A DNA stretch of 64,000 nucleotides, from contig OZ251518.1 of NCBI GenBank assembly GCA_965242965.1, positions 3,904,001-3,968,000 on the forward strand. Reading direction: 5' to 3'. Every line of letters starts with the position of its first letter. Position 1 is the first letter of the stretch. The stretch is from Candidatus Poribacteria bacterium. Its GTDB lineage: Bacteria; Poribacteria; WGA-4E; WGA-3G. Position numbers and translations under genes: made by a program. Below, piece after piece: positions 9,991-20,648 of this stretch. Below the pieces are notes generated by a model. The model saw nothing but the letters and a program-made list of their open reading frames with translations. It was not told the origin of the DNA and made no database searches.

Positions 9991-10095
9991 GAATGTCTCC
10001 TTCTCATGACGCTGGAGATCGCGGGGGACAGGCCCCCGCGCTACGGGAACATTGAGACCAGGAGGGCTCGATGCATCCCGCGATGCAAACGCGCA

Positions 10096-11181
10096 TTAGG
10101 CAATTTGATAGGCTGAAAGTTTCGCTTTATCAAATAGGATACCGTGTCCCGGCCGGTTCGGCGGCGAGAAATGACCGTCCCTGAGTGTCAACGTATCTTC
10201 CAACACCGGGTCCAACGAAGGAATATATTCTACGAAAAGCGAATGCGGCACCGCAGCAGAAAGATGCACGTGCAAATCCATCAAAAAATGCGGCGATACC
10301 GAGAGCCCGAAGCATTCCGCCGTGTGCGCGACTTTCATCCATTCGGAGATACCGCCGACACGCACCGCGTCTGGCTGCAAGATATCCGCCGCGCCTTGCG
10401 CAATATATTCCTGAAAGACAAATTTATTGTAGAGCGTTTCGCCGACAGCAATCGGGATAGTCGTCTTCTCGCGCAGGGTGACGTGGCTATCGACATCGTC
10501 CGCTTCAATGGGCTCTTCAAACCAGAAAAGCCCGGCCTCCTCCACACGACAAGCGAGTTGGATAGCCTCGCGGGCGTTCCATTTCATATTGGCATCTATC
10601 ATCAGATAGGGTTCTTCGCCGATTGCCTTCCGGACGGCATGCACGCGTACCACGTCTTCAAGGAGGCTGTCGCGCCCTACTTTCATTTTAATGCCTTTGA
10701 AACCTTGCGCCACCAATTCCACGGATTGCCGGACAAGAGCGTCTTCCGAAAGATGGAGCCAGCCGCCGTCGGTATTGTAAACCGGTACCGATGCTCTCGC
10801 GCCGCCGAGGAGTTGGTAGAGCGGCAATTCGGCGCGCTTCGCCATCAGATCCCACAAGGCGATATCCACTGCCGCCATCCCTAAACCGACGATGCCGCCC
10901 CTGCCAACCCAGTGCGTCTCCATCCACATCCGCTGCCAGATTCTGTCAATGTTCGCCGCGTCCTCTTCCAACAGAATCGGCGTGAGATAGGCATCCATAA
11001 TCTGCTTAATCGCTTCGCCACCTTTGCCGATAGTGTAAGAAAAGCCGGTGCCTACCACGCCATCGGCATCTTCAATCTCAATGAACGGAAACTCCATCGA
11101 GACGAACGCTTGGATGGCATCGACGCGTTCAACTTGCGGCGGGATGTCGTAAAGCGCGGTGCGAACTGCGCTGATCTTCAT
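10096..11181 (-). CDS. mandelate racemase/muconate lactonising enzyme family protein
   Basis: DIALWDL, KMKVG, DAN, WFEEP, GE, QPD motifs. Confidence 0.92.
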   Translation of the reverse strand: MKISAVRTALYDIPPQVERVDAIQAFVSMEFPFIEIEDADGVVGTGFSYTIGKGGEAIKQIMDAYLTPILLEEDAANIDRIWQRMWMETHWVGRGGIVGLGMAAVDIALWDLMAKRAELPLYQLLGGARASVPVYNTDGGWLHLSEDALVRQSVELVAQGFKGIKMKVGRDSLLEDVVRVHAVRKAIGEEPYLMIDANMKWNAREAIQLACRVEEAGLFWFEEPIEADDVDSHVTLREKTTIPIAVGETLYNKFVFQEYIAQGAADILQPDAVRVGGISEWMKVAHTAECFGLSVSPHFLMDLHVHLSAAVPHSLFVEYIPSLDPVLEDTLTLRDGHFSPPNRPGHGILFDKAKLSAYQIA

Positions 11182-11193
11182 GAGTTTTCTCCC

Positions 11194-12069
11194 CTACGGT
11201 GTATCCAACTTATCGAGCATCGTCAACAATTTCTGGATACAAATCCGCGAGGCTTCCTCACCGGCTTCCGAGAAGGCTTGCCCCGCCGGGCGGTTGAGAA
11301 TTGCATCGTCGATTTTGAGGGACGGCCGCCAATGCGTTTCCAAACAGAGGTGCCCCTCATACCCATCATTGACGAACGCTTGGAGTTGCCCTTGCCAATC
11401 AATAATCCCGTCCCCGACAGGGACAGATTCCATCTCGCCGGTATCCGGGTTCGCGCCAGCATCCTTGAGATGCGCGTGGAGCATCGTCGGTTTGAGGCGG
11501 TTATAGGCATCGGGATACGGAGTCTCGCCGTCTTTCGCGTGTGCTTCATTCGCCGGATCCCAGATGGCGCGCACGTTCGGCGAGTCAATCTCCTCAATAA
11601 ACCGCGCTGTCAATTTGGCGGTGCTGAGGGAGGTAGTCGATTCGTTCTCCATACCGAGGATGACACCTTCGCCATCGGCTATGCGCCGCGGTTCATCATA
11701 AGCGGCGATGATTTCGTCCCAACGCGCTTCCGTTTCGCCGGTATCCCAGAAGACAAACGTGCGGATGAGGTGGGTATCAAACGCCTTCGCCGTGCGGATG
11801 CATCCCTTCAGAATGTCGAGATGCTCTTTCCGTTCTGCCGCGTCGTCCATATCGCATTTGAAAAACGGAGAGGCGATACCGATAATCTGGATGCCGGTCC
11901 TGTCGAGCAGTCCTTTCATCCTATCAATGTCAGCATCGGTGAGTTGATGCGGCAGTTTGTCCCACACCGAACGGATTTCGATGGAGTGCAGGTTGAATTC
12001 TTTCACAAAGTTAACTACGGTGGCGAAGTCTTGGGAGACTTCGTCGCCAATCACGCCGAGTTTAAACAT
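11194..12069 (-). CDS. sugar phosphate isomerase/epimerase (TIM barrel)
   Basis: GVIGDEVSQD, MENE, WDPAN, HLKD, LETHW; SD AGGAG. Confidence 0.88.
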   Translation of the reverse strand: MFKLGVIGDEVSQDFATVVNFVKEFNLHSIEIRSVWDKLPHQLTDADIDRMKGLLDRTGIQIIGIASPFFKCDMDDAAERKEHLDILKGCIRTAKAFDTHLIRTFVFWDTGETEARWDEIIAAYDEPRRIADGEGVILGMENESTTSLSTAKLTARFIEEIDSPNVRAIWDPANEAHAKDGETPYPDAYNRLKPTMLHAHLKDAGANPDTGEMESVPVGDGIIDWQGQLQAFVNDGYEGHLCLETHWRPSLKIDDAILNRPAGQAFSEAGEEASRICIQKLLTMLDKLDTP

Positions 12070-12189
12070 AGTTCTGATCGCTCCTATCAATGTTGTTAAG
12101 GTTGAGAGAATAATAGCATGGAGTGGGGTTAATTGCAAGTTTTTTTTTGGAAGGAGAGTGGCTTCGGGGGGCAGGCCGTCACCTGGCAT

Positions 12190-12645
12190 CGTAGGACGAG
12201 GGCCTGTCCCTCGCCACGCCAAGCAGGAGCAGGATTTGGAGCAGGATTTGCAGGATTTCCAAGATTAGCAAGATTGGAGCAGAAGACTGTAGTTCGGGCT
12301 CGCCTGATCCCGAACGGGCGCATGGAGAGAACCCCTTCCGGGCCCGTAGCGCGGGGGCCTGTCCCCCGCGATCGCTCACGTGAAAACATCTCTTCAGGTC
12401 CTTTAGGTCCTGCATGTCTATAGAAAGGTGTCGCACAATAAACTAAGGTCCTTTAGGTCCTTAATCTGCAACACACGCAACGCTGTTGGAAAACATTAAG
12501 GTCCTAAAGGACCTTGCGGACTTGGCGGGCTGCGTATTCTATAGACATTAAGGTCCTAAAGGACCTAAGAGAGACTGTAGTTCGGGATCGCCTGATCCCG
12601 AACGGACCAGGACGAAAAAAACGCGGGGGACAAGCCCCCGCGTTA
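12190..12645. repeat. composite REP cassette (AGGTCC palindrome at 12389-12574) plus 9-bp periodic repeat
   Basis: same ordered units as at 17.5 kb and 19.2-20.4 kb. Confidence 0.9.
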
Positions 12646-12663
12646 CGAAGAATAACAGCAAGA

Positions 12664-15600
12664 CTACTCCCGCTGCTTGACTTCGCCGAACGTTGTCAAT
12701 GAACGATTCGCCGGGGAAACGGGACCCGGTAAGTAACGTGTCCGCAACGTCTCCGGCCGACCGCCTAACGAAACCTCTTCGATCTGGTAGTAATACTCGA
12801 CCCCAGGTTTCGCAGATGTATCGGTGAACGTGTAAGTTTGACGCTCGCCTGTCGTGCCGGCACCAGCTATCAAGACAGGATTCAACAACGTAAATCCACT
12901 CTCGCGTTTCAAGCTGCGACGCAGATTGAAACCGGCATTGTCGACTTCCGACTCGGTTGTCCAAGTCACGACAACGGAACCGGCATCGGTACGCGACACC
13001 GTGAAACTAGACAATTCCACGGGCAAAGCACCGCCTTCCCGATACCCCGGCGTGCCAATGTCATCGGCATTGCCGTAATGCAGCGATTCAACTTTGAATT
13101 TATTGAAATGCGCCGCTAATGCCCAATTCGACTTCAACATCCCATCGCGCGCCACCGCGCCTTTATCGTAACGGCGGATGACCGAACTCCGCGCGCCATC
13201 CCTGCGATTCGTGGGCCACACCCAGACAGGCGCATCATCGGTACGACGATTGTCATCGATGTTCCCAACCTCGTCTATCTTCGTTCCGTTTCGATCGGAT
13301 AACTTGAGGTAGAAACCCTCGCCACTTAAGAAGGTATCTCGCGCGGTTTTGATGCGCAGATTCTTCTCGTGCAGTTTGAGCAGGTTGTAAACCCGGTCTT
13401 CAGGGAAGACATCTGCCGAGGAGGCGCGGGCATCGCCTGCCACTATCAAGAGGGTCTGATTCGGTTGAATCACTTTCTCTTGCAGCGTCAACGTGACGAT
13501 GGGTCTGCCAACCAAATCTCCTGAATTCCGATTCTGAATCTCTAACTGCCAGCGATTCAGGTTCAGTGCCTCGGTTTTCGACTTGTTATAGAGTTCGATC
13601 CATTGCGGCAATGTGCCACCCTCGGAATCAAACATGATTTCGCTGATAGTCACCGCACCCTTCGGCGTAGATGCCTCCGTTTTGACAGCACCATTCGGAT
13701 AGCCCGGCGTGCCGGCAGTGGCAGCCGACTTGGAGACCTTTCTGTCATAGCCGATACCGGTAAACGCAGCTTCTGCCCAGGCATCTCTGTGATATCCGAT
13801 AAGATCCGCTTTGGCGCGCTGCCAGACTTTACCGGAACTGAGCGCATCTTCGGTGGCATCACCAGGTGCCTCAAGCACCTGCAGGGGCCAGACATGCGTA
13901 TCGTAGTCCCCGGTTTCATCGCGGATAAAGGCATCCGTATCGCTGCCGCCGCCCCCGGCGACATCAATGAACGCCTCATCCAAGCCGAGTTTCTCCTTGG
14001 CATTCCGGAGAATCAATAGGAATTTGCCATCATCCGGCAGTGAAAGGCCTGCATCCACTAAAGATGCATGCGATAACCCTCTGTTTTCTCCGCCGGCGAG
14101 TGGCGTTTTATCCGACGCGCTGTTTGTTATCAACAACAAGCCGTTCGCCGGCACACTCACATCCGGGAAGATGATAAGCGAGGTATCTTCCTTTTTTCCA
14201 TCGGCGACAACGGAGAGCTCCCAGTCTTTCAGGGAGACATCTGAACCGCTGACGTTGCGGAATTCTAGCCAGTCATTTGCTGCATCACTGCCATTGCCGA
14301 GCTCGTTGAAAACGACAGGAGAAAGCGGCACAGCCGATGCAACTGCCTTTGAGACAGTGTCATCCTGCGGAATGTAAACCACCGGGGTCACCGCCACATC
14401 AAACGTTTTCAACGGTTCAGAGGATGAATCCGGGACCTGTGCAGCCTCACCCGGTGCCATCGCCGGATCGGCGGTACCACGACGCTCAAGCCCTGATGAA
14501 GCCTTCAACGTCGTCTCACGCGGCACAGCTAAACTGTTGATACTGGCAATCTCCACGCTCACCGATGCAGCCGGCGGATCGGTCGCTTGCAAAACATACG
14601 CAAACGGCACAATCGTTGAACCCGAACGCTCCTCGCCTTGCTGCCACACGGCGTGCCGCGCATTCGCGGCTTCTCGCGCGCCGAGATAGATTGTCACATA
14701 CGGCGGGTTTTCGCCTTCATACGTCAATCCATCCTGCGCAAACGGCACCTCAACGGTGATCTCGCTACCCGCAAGATATGCACCGCCTTCCGGCTCAACG
14801 ACTTTAATCTCATCCGCATCTACCTGCACCGTGTCTACCTGCACCGTAACAGTGTTCGATGCCAAATTGCCGAGCGGGTCAGAGTAGTCGGCAAGCACCG
14901 TATCGGCGGGCACCTGGAACGTCATCTCCCCTTTAAAGCCGAGCGGGGGCACTACCGTCACCGGATACTGCAGCCACGCATCCACCGCGTCAGGACGGCT
15001 CACCGTCACCTTGCCATCCCCAACATCTGCAGACAGCGTGGTTTGAAGCGTCGTGAATAGCTCTTCGTTCGCCAAATCATGAGACGCAGCGGTTTTCACA
15101 TGCCCGGCTGCAGTGTAGTCCTCCTGGAACCGCAATGTCAACGTAAACGTCCCGGTTTGTGTCCCCGATGGCCCGTCTATCACTGTCATCGCGGCGACAG
15201 CGTCCTTCACTACCGCCGGATAGGCGATAGTGCCCTTGGCGGTAGTATCATACGTGGGCGGAAAGTAGTGAGGGAACTTGAGCCGCTCATCCCTATAAAA
15301 ACCCACCGAGACACTATAGTGCTGTACGCGACCATCGGCATCGGCCTTCTGCTTCAGCTTCTCCACGTCACCGCCGGTGTAGTCCACTATGTCATCAATT
15401 ATTGGGAGGTAGTCAAGGAGACGGTCGCCGTTTCTGTCAAAATGCTCTGGCTTGAATACGAAATCCCCCCCGTTTTGGTAACGAGTATCGCCTCCCCCAA
15501 TACGCAGCCTGTGGTGACGAAATTGATCCTTCTTGTCGTCAGCGGGATCGACGGTGTCGGGACTCTCTGGGTAGGGGAGGAATGTTTCTCCCGCCTTGAA

Positions 15601-17112
15601 AAGCGCAGACGGGTCCATAAAATCTGCCCATCGCTTACCCTGTTGCCCTTCATCAGAAGTATCACCAAATGGCACGCCAAATCCAAACTCCCCAGCGTGT
15701 AGCCCTAGGATTTGAGCGTATGTGTAACCGTTGGGGTATTTCAGACCGCCAAGGAAGTCGCCGCCGATGCGACCGTTGGCCAATAAATCAGCGTATTCGT
15801 AATTAATACCGACACGCGGACGGTATGGGACATTGAACGGGGCCACGATAGTGTCGCCATCCCCCTCCAACCATCCGTCGCCTTTCTTCAACCGATTCAA
15901 GGCATCTGCATGTTCCTTTGTCACCGTAAATTGGTAGACGACGGTATGGTAACCATCCACATCGGGATGCCCCCACTCCGTAGCGGTAACCGCATGGTCG
16001 GCATTGAGGTGGTTTACGCGGCCATCCTGTGTTATCCGTTCCAGTGGATAATTGGGATTCAGTCTCCCTACCCCGTCAATGCCCACGGCTGCAATTACCG
16101 TCCCGCCGTTAGCATCCCGGAGGGAATTGCGCGCCCAGATAGTGCCTGGCGGGTTCGCCTTTTGACCATCCTTGAACCATAATGGCAATTCATTCACCTC
16201 CCAGGGGACATCACGGGCAACGGAGCCGCCAGTGGATCTGCTCCAGGGGGCATTACGGCGATCGGCATAGAAACCGGGGCCGCGAGTGAATTTGGTGTTA
16301 CTAAAGAGTGCCGGAAGCGTTAGAGGCTCCTCCTTGGTAGGATCTATATAATAACTCCTCGGATCCAGACCAGGCGCAGGATCTATGAATTCCGTTACCA
16401 CTTCATAGTAAGTCAGTTTGACGTTGATGGCGATGGCGACGATATCCCCGGGGACTACCCACGTATTTTCCTCGGCGGTGACACGCCCACTGTTGCCGGG
16501 TTTGTTCGGATCTTCCAGCAGGCCGCCGCTCGTGGGATCGCTGGGACCCCCACCGGGATCGATATTCACCCAGAAGTAGGTATCCGTCTCGTTTGCCAGT
16601 TGCGCTGTGCCATTCAAGAGCTCCTCATACTCTGTCCAGAAGGATGGGAACAGCCGCGCGCGCCTGCTTTCAAAACCGGGCGGCGTAACAACATAATTCG
16701 TGTCAGTGCCTACCTTGTGATAGGTACCGACCTGCTGCAGTTCTGGCGCTCCCAGCTTCGTGGTTTTCGGATTTTTATAGATGCGTATCCACTGAATCTG
16801 AAAATAATCCGGCGGGCAAGCTGTCAACCCGCCACCAAAGAAGGCATCAATACCCGTAGAATGGATGTGGGCGTTACCGGATCCGGCGGACACGCTGTGG
16901 GTCGAATCGTTCGGCAGCGTAATCGCTGACTTCTGCAATTTATGGGTTGCCAGGGGCAGGCCCAGCCAATTATTATCCGGGTTGCCCTCGGTGCCCTGGA
17001 TGATATCAAAGGCATCACTCCCGATATCTTCTTGCGTCCATGTGTCGTGGCTCTCTCCCGGCGGTGCAAGCACCGTCAGCAGCCCGAATGTGAGCAGTAG
17101 GCAGCCTATCAA
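12664..17112 (-). CDS. giant secreted lamin-tail-domain/Ig-like protein; true start probably at 17345 via frameshift
   Basis: two LTD-like domains (VVFNELGN..DWLE; TISEIMFD..QWIELYN), LPVELSSF domain, LTTFGEVK tail; no SD at TTG 17112, frame open up to 17229. Confidence 0.85.
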   Translation of the reverse strand: MIGCLLLTFGLLTVLAPPGESHDTWTQEDIGSDAFDIIQGTEGNPDNNWLGLPLATHKLQKSAITLPNDSTHSVSAGSGNAHIHSTGIDAFFGGGLTACPPDYFQIQWIRIYKNPKTTKLGAPELQQVGTYHKVGTDTNYVVTPPGFESRRARLFPSFWTEYEELLNGTAQLANETDTYFWVNIDPGGGPSDPTSGGLLEDPNKPGNSGRVTAEENTWVVPGDIVAIAINVKLTYYEVVTEFIDPAPGLDPRSYYIDPTKEEPLTLPALFSNTKFTRGPGFYADRRNAPWSRSTGGSVARDVPWEVNELPLWFKDGQKANPPGTIWARNSLRDANGGTVIAAVGIDGVGRLNPNYPLERITQDGRVNHLNADHAVTATEWGHPDVDGYHTVVYQFTVTKEHADALNRLKKGDGWLEGDGDTIVAPFNVPYRPRVGINYEYADLLANGRIGGDFLGGLKYPNGYTYAQILGLHAGEFGFGVPFGDTSDEGQQGKRWADFMDPSALFKAGETFLPYPESPDTVDPADDKKDQFRHHRLRIGGGDTRYQNGGDFVFKPEHFDRNGDRLLDYLPIIDDIVDYTGGDVEKLKQKADADGRVQHYSVSVGFYRDERLKFPHYFPPTYDTTAKGTIAYPAVVKDAVAAMTVIDGPSGTQTGTFTLTLRFQEDYTAAGHVKTAASHDLANEELFTTLQTTLSADVGDGKVTVSRPDAVDAWLQYPVTVVPPLGFKGEMTFQVPADTVLADYSDPLGNLASNTVTVQVDTVQVDADEIKVVEPEGGAYLAGSEITVEVPFAQDGLTYEGENPPYVTIYLGAREAANARHAVWQQGEERSGSTIVPFAYVLQATDPPAASVSVEIASINSLAVPRETTLKASSGLERRGTADPAMAPGEAAQVPDSSSEPLKTFDVAVTPVVYIPQDDTVSKAVASAVPLSPVVFNELGNGSDAANDWLEFRNVSGSDVSLKDWELSVVADGKKEDTSLIIFPDVSVPANGLLLITNSASDKTPLAGGENRGLSHASLVDAGLSLPDDGKFLLILRNAKEKLGLDEAFIDVAGGGGSDTDAFIRDETGDYDTHVWPLQVLEAPGDATEDALSSGKVWQRAKADLIGYHRDAWAEAAFTGIGYDRKVSKSAATAGTPGYPNGAVKTEASTPKGAVTISEIMFDSEGGTLPQWIELYNKSKTEALNLNRWQLEIQNRNSGDLVGRPIVTLTLQEKVIQPNQTLLIVAGDARASSADVFPEDRVYNLLKLHEKNLRIKTARDTFLSGEGFYLKLSDRNGTKIDEVGNIDDNRRTDDAPVWVWPTNRRDGARSSVIRRYDKGAVARDGMLKSNWALAAHFNKFKVESLHYGNADDIGTPGYREGGALPVELSSFTVSRTDAGSVVVTWTTESEVDNAGFNLRRSLKRESGFTLLNPVLIAGAGTTGERQTYTFTDTSAKPGVEYYYQIEEVSLGGRPETLRTRYLPGPVSPANRSLTTFGEVKQRE

Positions 17113-17186
17113 AACGGAGTGGATGCGTGCGGCGGACCGCGGGTGTCCCCCGTCCTTCTGCGCCTTCCTGCTGAGAGTTGCAGGAG

Positions 17187-17345
17187 TTAACGCGCGTAGA
17201 TGAGAGGGGGGGTCTTCAGGTTGGACGCGTCACCGGCGGGCGCATGCGCGCGGCATCTTTGCAGCGGGTGCTGCAATAACGCGGTGACGGTAGGTTTCAG
17301 GCGGACAGCAATGCCCGCGAAAATGAAAGAGAATAGGAATCTCAT
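17187..17345 (-). CDS. 52-aa leader ORF ending TPPLIYAR*, containing a C7 tract
   Basis: SD GAGGAG before ATG 17345; overlaps the main ORF frame (-1) across the poly-C at 17206-17212. Confidence 0.65.
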   Translation of the reverse strand: MRFLFSFIFAGIAVRLKPTVTALLQHPLQRCRAHAPAGDASNLKTPPLIYAR

Positions 17346-17401
17346 TAGTTTTTTCTCCTCTAAATTGATGTAAAAATGATTGAAAATTAAACACTGTATT
17401 A

Positions 17402-17430
17402 ATTATACCATTTTTTCACGTTTTTGTCAA
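17402..17430 (-). promoter_or_regulatory. consensus sigma70 promoter
   Basis: TTGACA-17 nt-TATAAT with extended -10 TG. Confidence 0.85.
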
Positions 17431-17442
17431 ATTAAAAATTAT

Positions 17443-18075
17443 GAGCAGGATTTTGAGCAGGATTTTCAAGATTTACACGATTTCACAGGATTAGGTCTGT
17501 GGCTACGGTGAAACGGAAACGGCCTTGCATACCGTAGCGCGGGGGCCTGTCCCCCGCGAGCGTTCACGTGAAAACATCTCTTCAGGTCCTTTAGGTCCTG
17601 CATGTCTATAGTATCCCCGACCTCAAAAAACGCTAAGGTCCTTTAGGTCCTTAATAGTCAGGAGATGCAACGTCGCGAGGAACATTAAGGTCCTAAAGGA
17701 CCTTGAGGGGTATTGCATCGGCGCGCGCTATAGACATTAAGGTCCTACGGACCTTGAAGAGACTGTAGTTCGGGAGCGCCCGCTCCCGAACGGGTCAAGA
17801 GCAGGCGCTCTTGACCTACAGAAGGGATGCGCGCACGCGTGCCCGATGGCATAGCGAGGGACAGGCCCTCGCCCTACGGTAAACGGCACGTTTTTCCCCC
17901 GCGAGCACCCGATCCGCGCGAAAAACGCACGCAGACAAAGGCTGTTTCCTCGATCGAGGCATGGCGAGGGACAGGCCCTCGCCCTACGGTGACGACGCTA
18001 TAATCTTGCTAATCGTGATAATCCTGATCATCCTGCTCCAGATTACACACCTCAAGACCGAAGAACTCTCCTACT
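17443..18075. repeat. composite REP cassette (AGGTCC palindrome at 17577-17762)
   Basis: GTAG REPs, four AGGTCC hairpin units, flanking 9-bp GATT/AATC repeats. Confidence 0.9.
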
Positions 18076-19120
18076 GCTGCTCAGGGAAGGGAGCGCGGAT
18101 GTCGTAGCGGCCCTCAACGAAGACAGGCAACATGCCGCCTTCCACGAGGAGATTCAGCGGATTCGGGCGCGTTGTCAGCGGGAACGTCACAACATTCTTG
18201 ATTCGCAACGATTCGTAAATCGCCATCAGAATCTCTATCGTGCAGAGCCCGTGCTTGCCGGCGTTGCGATGTTCGTCAATATCGCCTTCAAGCCATGCCA
18301 ACATTTCATCAAACTGATTGGGTTCGCTTTGGCGCGGCTGAATTGTCTGCCAGCCAGCGGCTTTGCTGTTGAGCAATTCAATGGCACCATTGCCGCCGCG
18401 GCGGAGTTGACCATCGTCACCATAGACGACATCGCCGCGGAGTGCAGGTTCCGGCAGGTCGCTTTCGTAAACGCCGCGGATGCCGCCTTCAAAGCAGATT
18501 TCCGCCATGCAAAGGTCTTCGCAACGGACGCGGCGTTCCCACCGGTCGGTGAGACGTGCGACTTGTCCGATGAGCCACAGCGGTTCCGGATCACCGAGGA
18601 TGTAGCGCATCTCGTCGATTTCGTGTGTGCCGCGGTTCAGCAAACCGTGTCCATCGCGGCGGAGCATCGCTTGTGGCTGTCCGATTGCGCCTTCTTGGAT
18701 GAGCCGGCGCGCCTCGCAGTTTTGCGGACTGAACCGCCGCTGATGCCCGACGACCAGTTTCACGTCGTGCTTTTCACAAACGTCCATCATGTCCTGTGCA
18801 TCGCCGACAGAAGCGGCCATCGGTTTCTCGGTAATCACGCCGAGCACGCCACTTTCGGCGGCGGCGATGGTAGGTTCAGCGCGAACGCTCTGCCATGTCG
18901 TGATGCTGACGATGTCCAGGTCTTCCTTGTCGCACATCTCGCGGAAATCCGCGTAGTGCGTCGGGAGTGAGAATTCGTTGGCGAATTTCGCGGCGGATTC
19001 AGGGCTGATATCCGATGCGGTGACGACTTGTGCGCGCCCGGTGCTGGTCCAATTCCGCGCATGCGAGCGTCCCATGCCGCCGCAGCCAATAATGCCGATG
19101 CGATAGGTTTTGTCTGCCAT
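18071..19120 (-). CDS. Gfo/Idh/MocA family oxidoreductase
   Basis: IGIIGCGGMG, EKPMA, GHQRRF, GTHEID. Confidence 0.92.
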   Translation of the reverse strand: MADKTYRIGIIGCGGMGRSHARNWTSTGRAQVVTASDISPESAAKFANEFSLPTHYADFREMCDKEDLDIVSITTWQSVRAEPTIAAAESGVLGVITEKPMAASVGDAQDMMDVCEKHDVKLVVGHQRRFSPQNCEARRLIQEGAIGQPQAMLRRDGHGLLNRGTHEIDEMRYILGDPEPLWLIGQVARLTDRWERRVRCEDLCMAEICFEGGIRGVYESDLPEPALRGDVVYGDDGQLRRGGNGAIELLNSKAAGWQTIQPRQSEPNQFDEMLAWLEGDIDEHRNAGKHGLCTIEILMAIYESLRIKNVVTFPLTTRPNPLNLLVEGGMLPVFVEGRYDIRAPFPEQQ

Positions 19121-19219
19121 TAGGTATACCTCGTTTTTGAAATGATGCTGCATTTTATCAGAAGTTGTGGTTTAATGCAAGGGAAAAGAGGAAATCGGAG
19201 AGAAAACCTGCACGGATAC

Positions 19220-20440
19220 CGTAGCGCGGGGCCTGTCCTCCGCGATCTCTCGCGTGCCCCAGTGACTGTAGTTCGGGAGCACCTGCTCCCGAACGGGTCA
19301 AGAGCAGGCGCTCTTGCCCTACAGAGGGGAGGCGCGCACGCAGGCCCGATGGCACGGCGAGGGACAGGCCCTCGCCCTACGGAGAGGAGAAACCCTTCCG
19401 GGCCCGTAGCGCGGGGGCCTGTCCCCCGCGATCGTTCGACCCGCGCGAAAAACGCACGCCGACAAAGGCCCTTTCTCGTTTCGACCGATGGCCCGGCGAG
19501 GGACAGGCCCTCGCCCTACGGTGAGGAAAACCGTTCTTGGCCCGTAGCGCGGGGGCCTGTCCCCCGCGATCGTTCACGTGAAAACATCTCTTCAGGTCCT
19601 TTAGGTCCTGCATGTCTATAGAAACCCCGACTCCAAAAAAACACTAAGGTCCTTTAGGTCCTTAATACACAGCAAACGTATCGCGACGAGAAGCATTAAG
19701 GTCCTAAAGGACCTTGAGGGATACTGCATCTGCACGTGCTATAGACATTAAGGTCTTACAGACCTTGAAGAGACTGTAGTTCGGGAGCACCTGCTCCCGA
19801 ACGGGGCAGGATCAGGCGATCCTGAACTACAGACGCGATGCGCGCACGCAGGCCCGATGGCACGGCGAGGGACAGGCCCTCGCCCTACGGTGAAAGGGCG
19901 GCAGCCTTGAAAACCGTAGCGCGGGGGACAGGCCCCCGCGAGCGCACCCATAAAAAAACATCTCTTCAGGTCCTTTAGGTCCTGCATGTCTATAGAAACC
20001 CCGACCGAAAAAAAGCCCTAAGGTCCTTTAGGTCCTTAATAGGTAGAACACGCAACGCAGCAGAAAACATTAAGGACCTAAAGGACCTTGAGGACTTGGC
20101 GGCCTGCGTGTGCTATAGACATTAAGGTCTTACAGACCTTGAAGAGACTGTAGTTCGGGAGCGCCTGATCCTGAACGGCAAGAGCAGGTGCTCTTGCCCT
20201 ACAGAGGATGAGCGCACGCGGGCCCGATAGCACGGCGAGGGACAGGCCCTCGCCCTACGGTGAAAGGGAGACGGCCTCACCTACCGTAGCGCGGGGGCCT
20301 GTCCCCCGCGATCGCCCGATCTGCGCGAAAAACGCACACCAAGGCCGTTTCCTCGACCGAGGCACGGCGAGGGACAGGCCCTCGCCCTACGGTAAGCGGC
20401 ACGTTTTTTCACCGTAGCGCGGGGGCCTGTCCCCCGCGAA
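19220..20440. repeat. 1.2-kb REP array with two composite cassettes (19587-19773, 19961-20147)
   Basis: about 20 hairpin units of several families. Confidence 0.92.
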
Positions 20441-20648
20441 CACACGAGTCACCCCACGAATAGAGGACATGTGTCTTTTTTGACACACCTGCCAAGATGC
20501 AGAAACCCCTTGTCTTCACAGATCTGTAACAAAAACCGAGTTGGCATCGTTTATGCAATAGAGACATACAAACTCACAAATTTTTGGATTTCCCATAACC
20601 ATAGATAGACGTGCCACTTCCAGTGATAGCACGCCAGGAGAATAAAAA

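Noticed and set aside
10912-12099. 395-aa plus-strand ORF and similar long antisense ORFs
   Set aside because: Shadow frames opposite well-supported genes in GC-rich DNA, with no recognisable motifs
12664-13030. T9SS C-terminal domain on the LTD proteins
   Set aside because: The LPVELSSF domain is present but no T9SS CTD motif follows; the proteins end in TTFGEVK instead
19587-20147. CRISPR array (conserved repeats with ~22-29-nt variable spacers)
   Set aside because: Repeats switch orientation within each cassette, spacers at equivalent positions are related between copies, and there are no cas genes
19142-20417. ORFs rich in VARGPVPR / RDRPSPYG / RGTGPR peptides (also 146-553, 12129-12436, 35689-36129, 45093-45884, 48066-48533)
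   Set aside because: These are translations of REP repeats, not real proteins; they also inflate the 5' ends of several called ORFs
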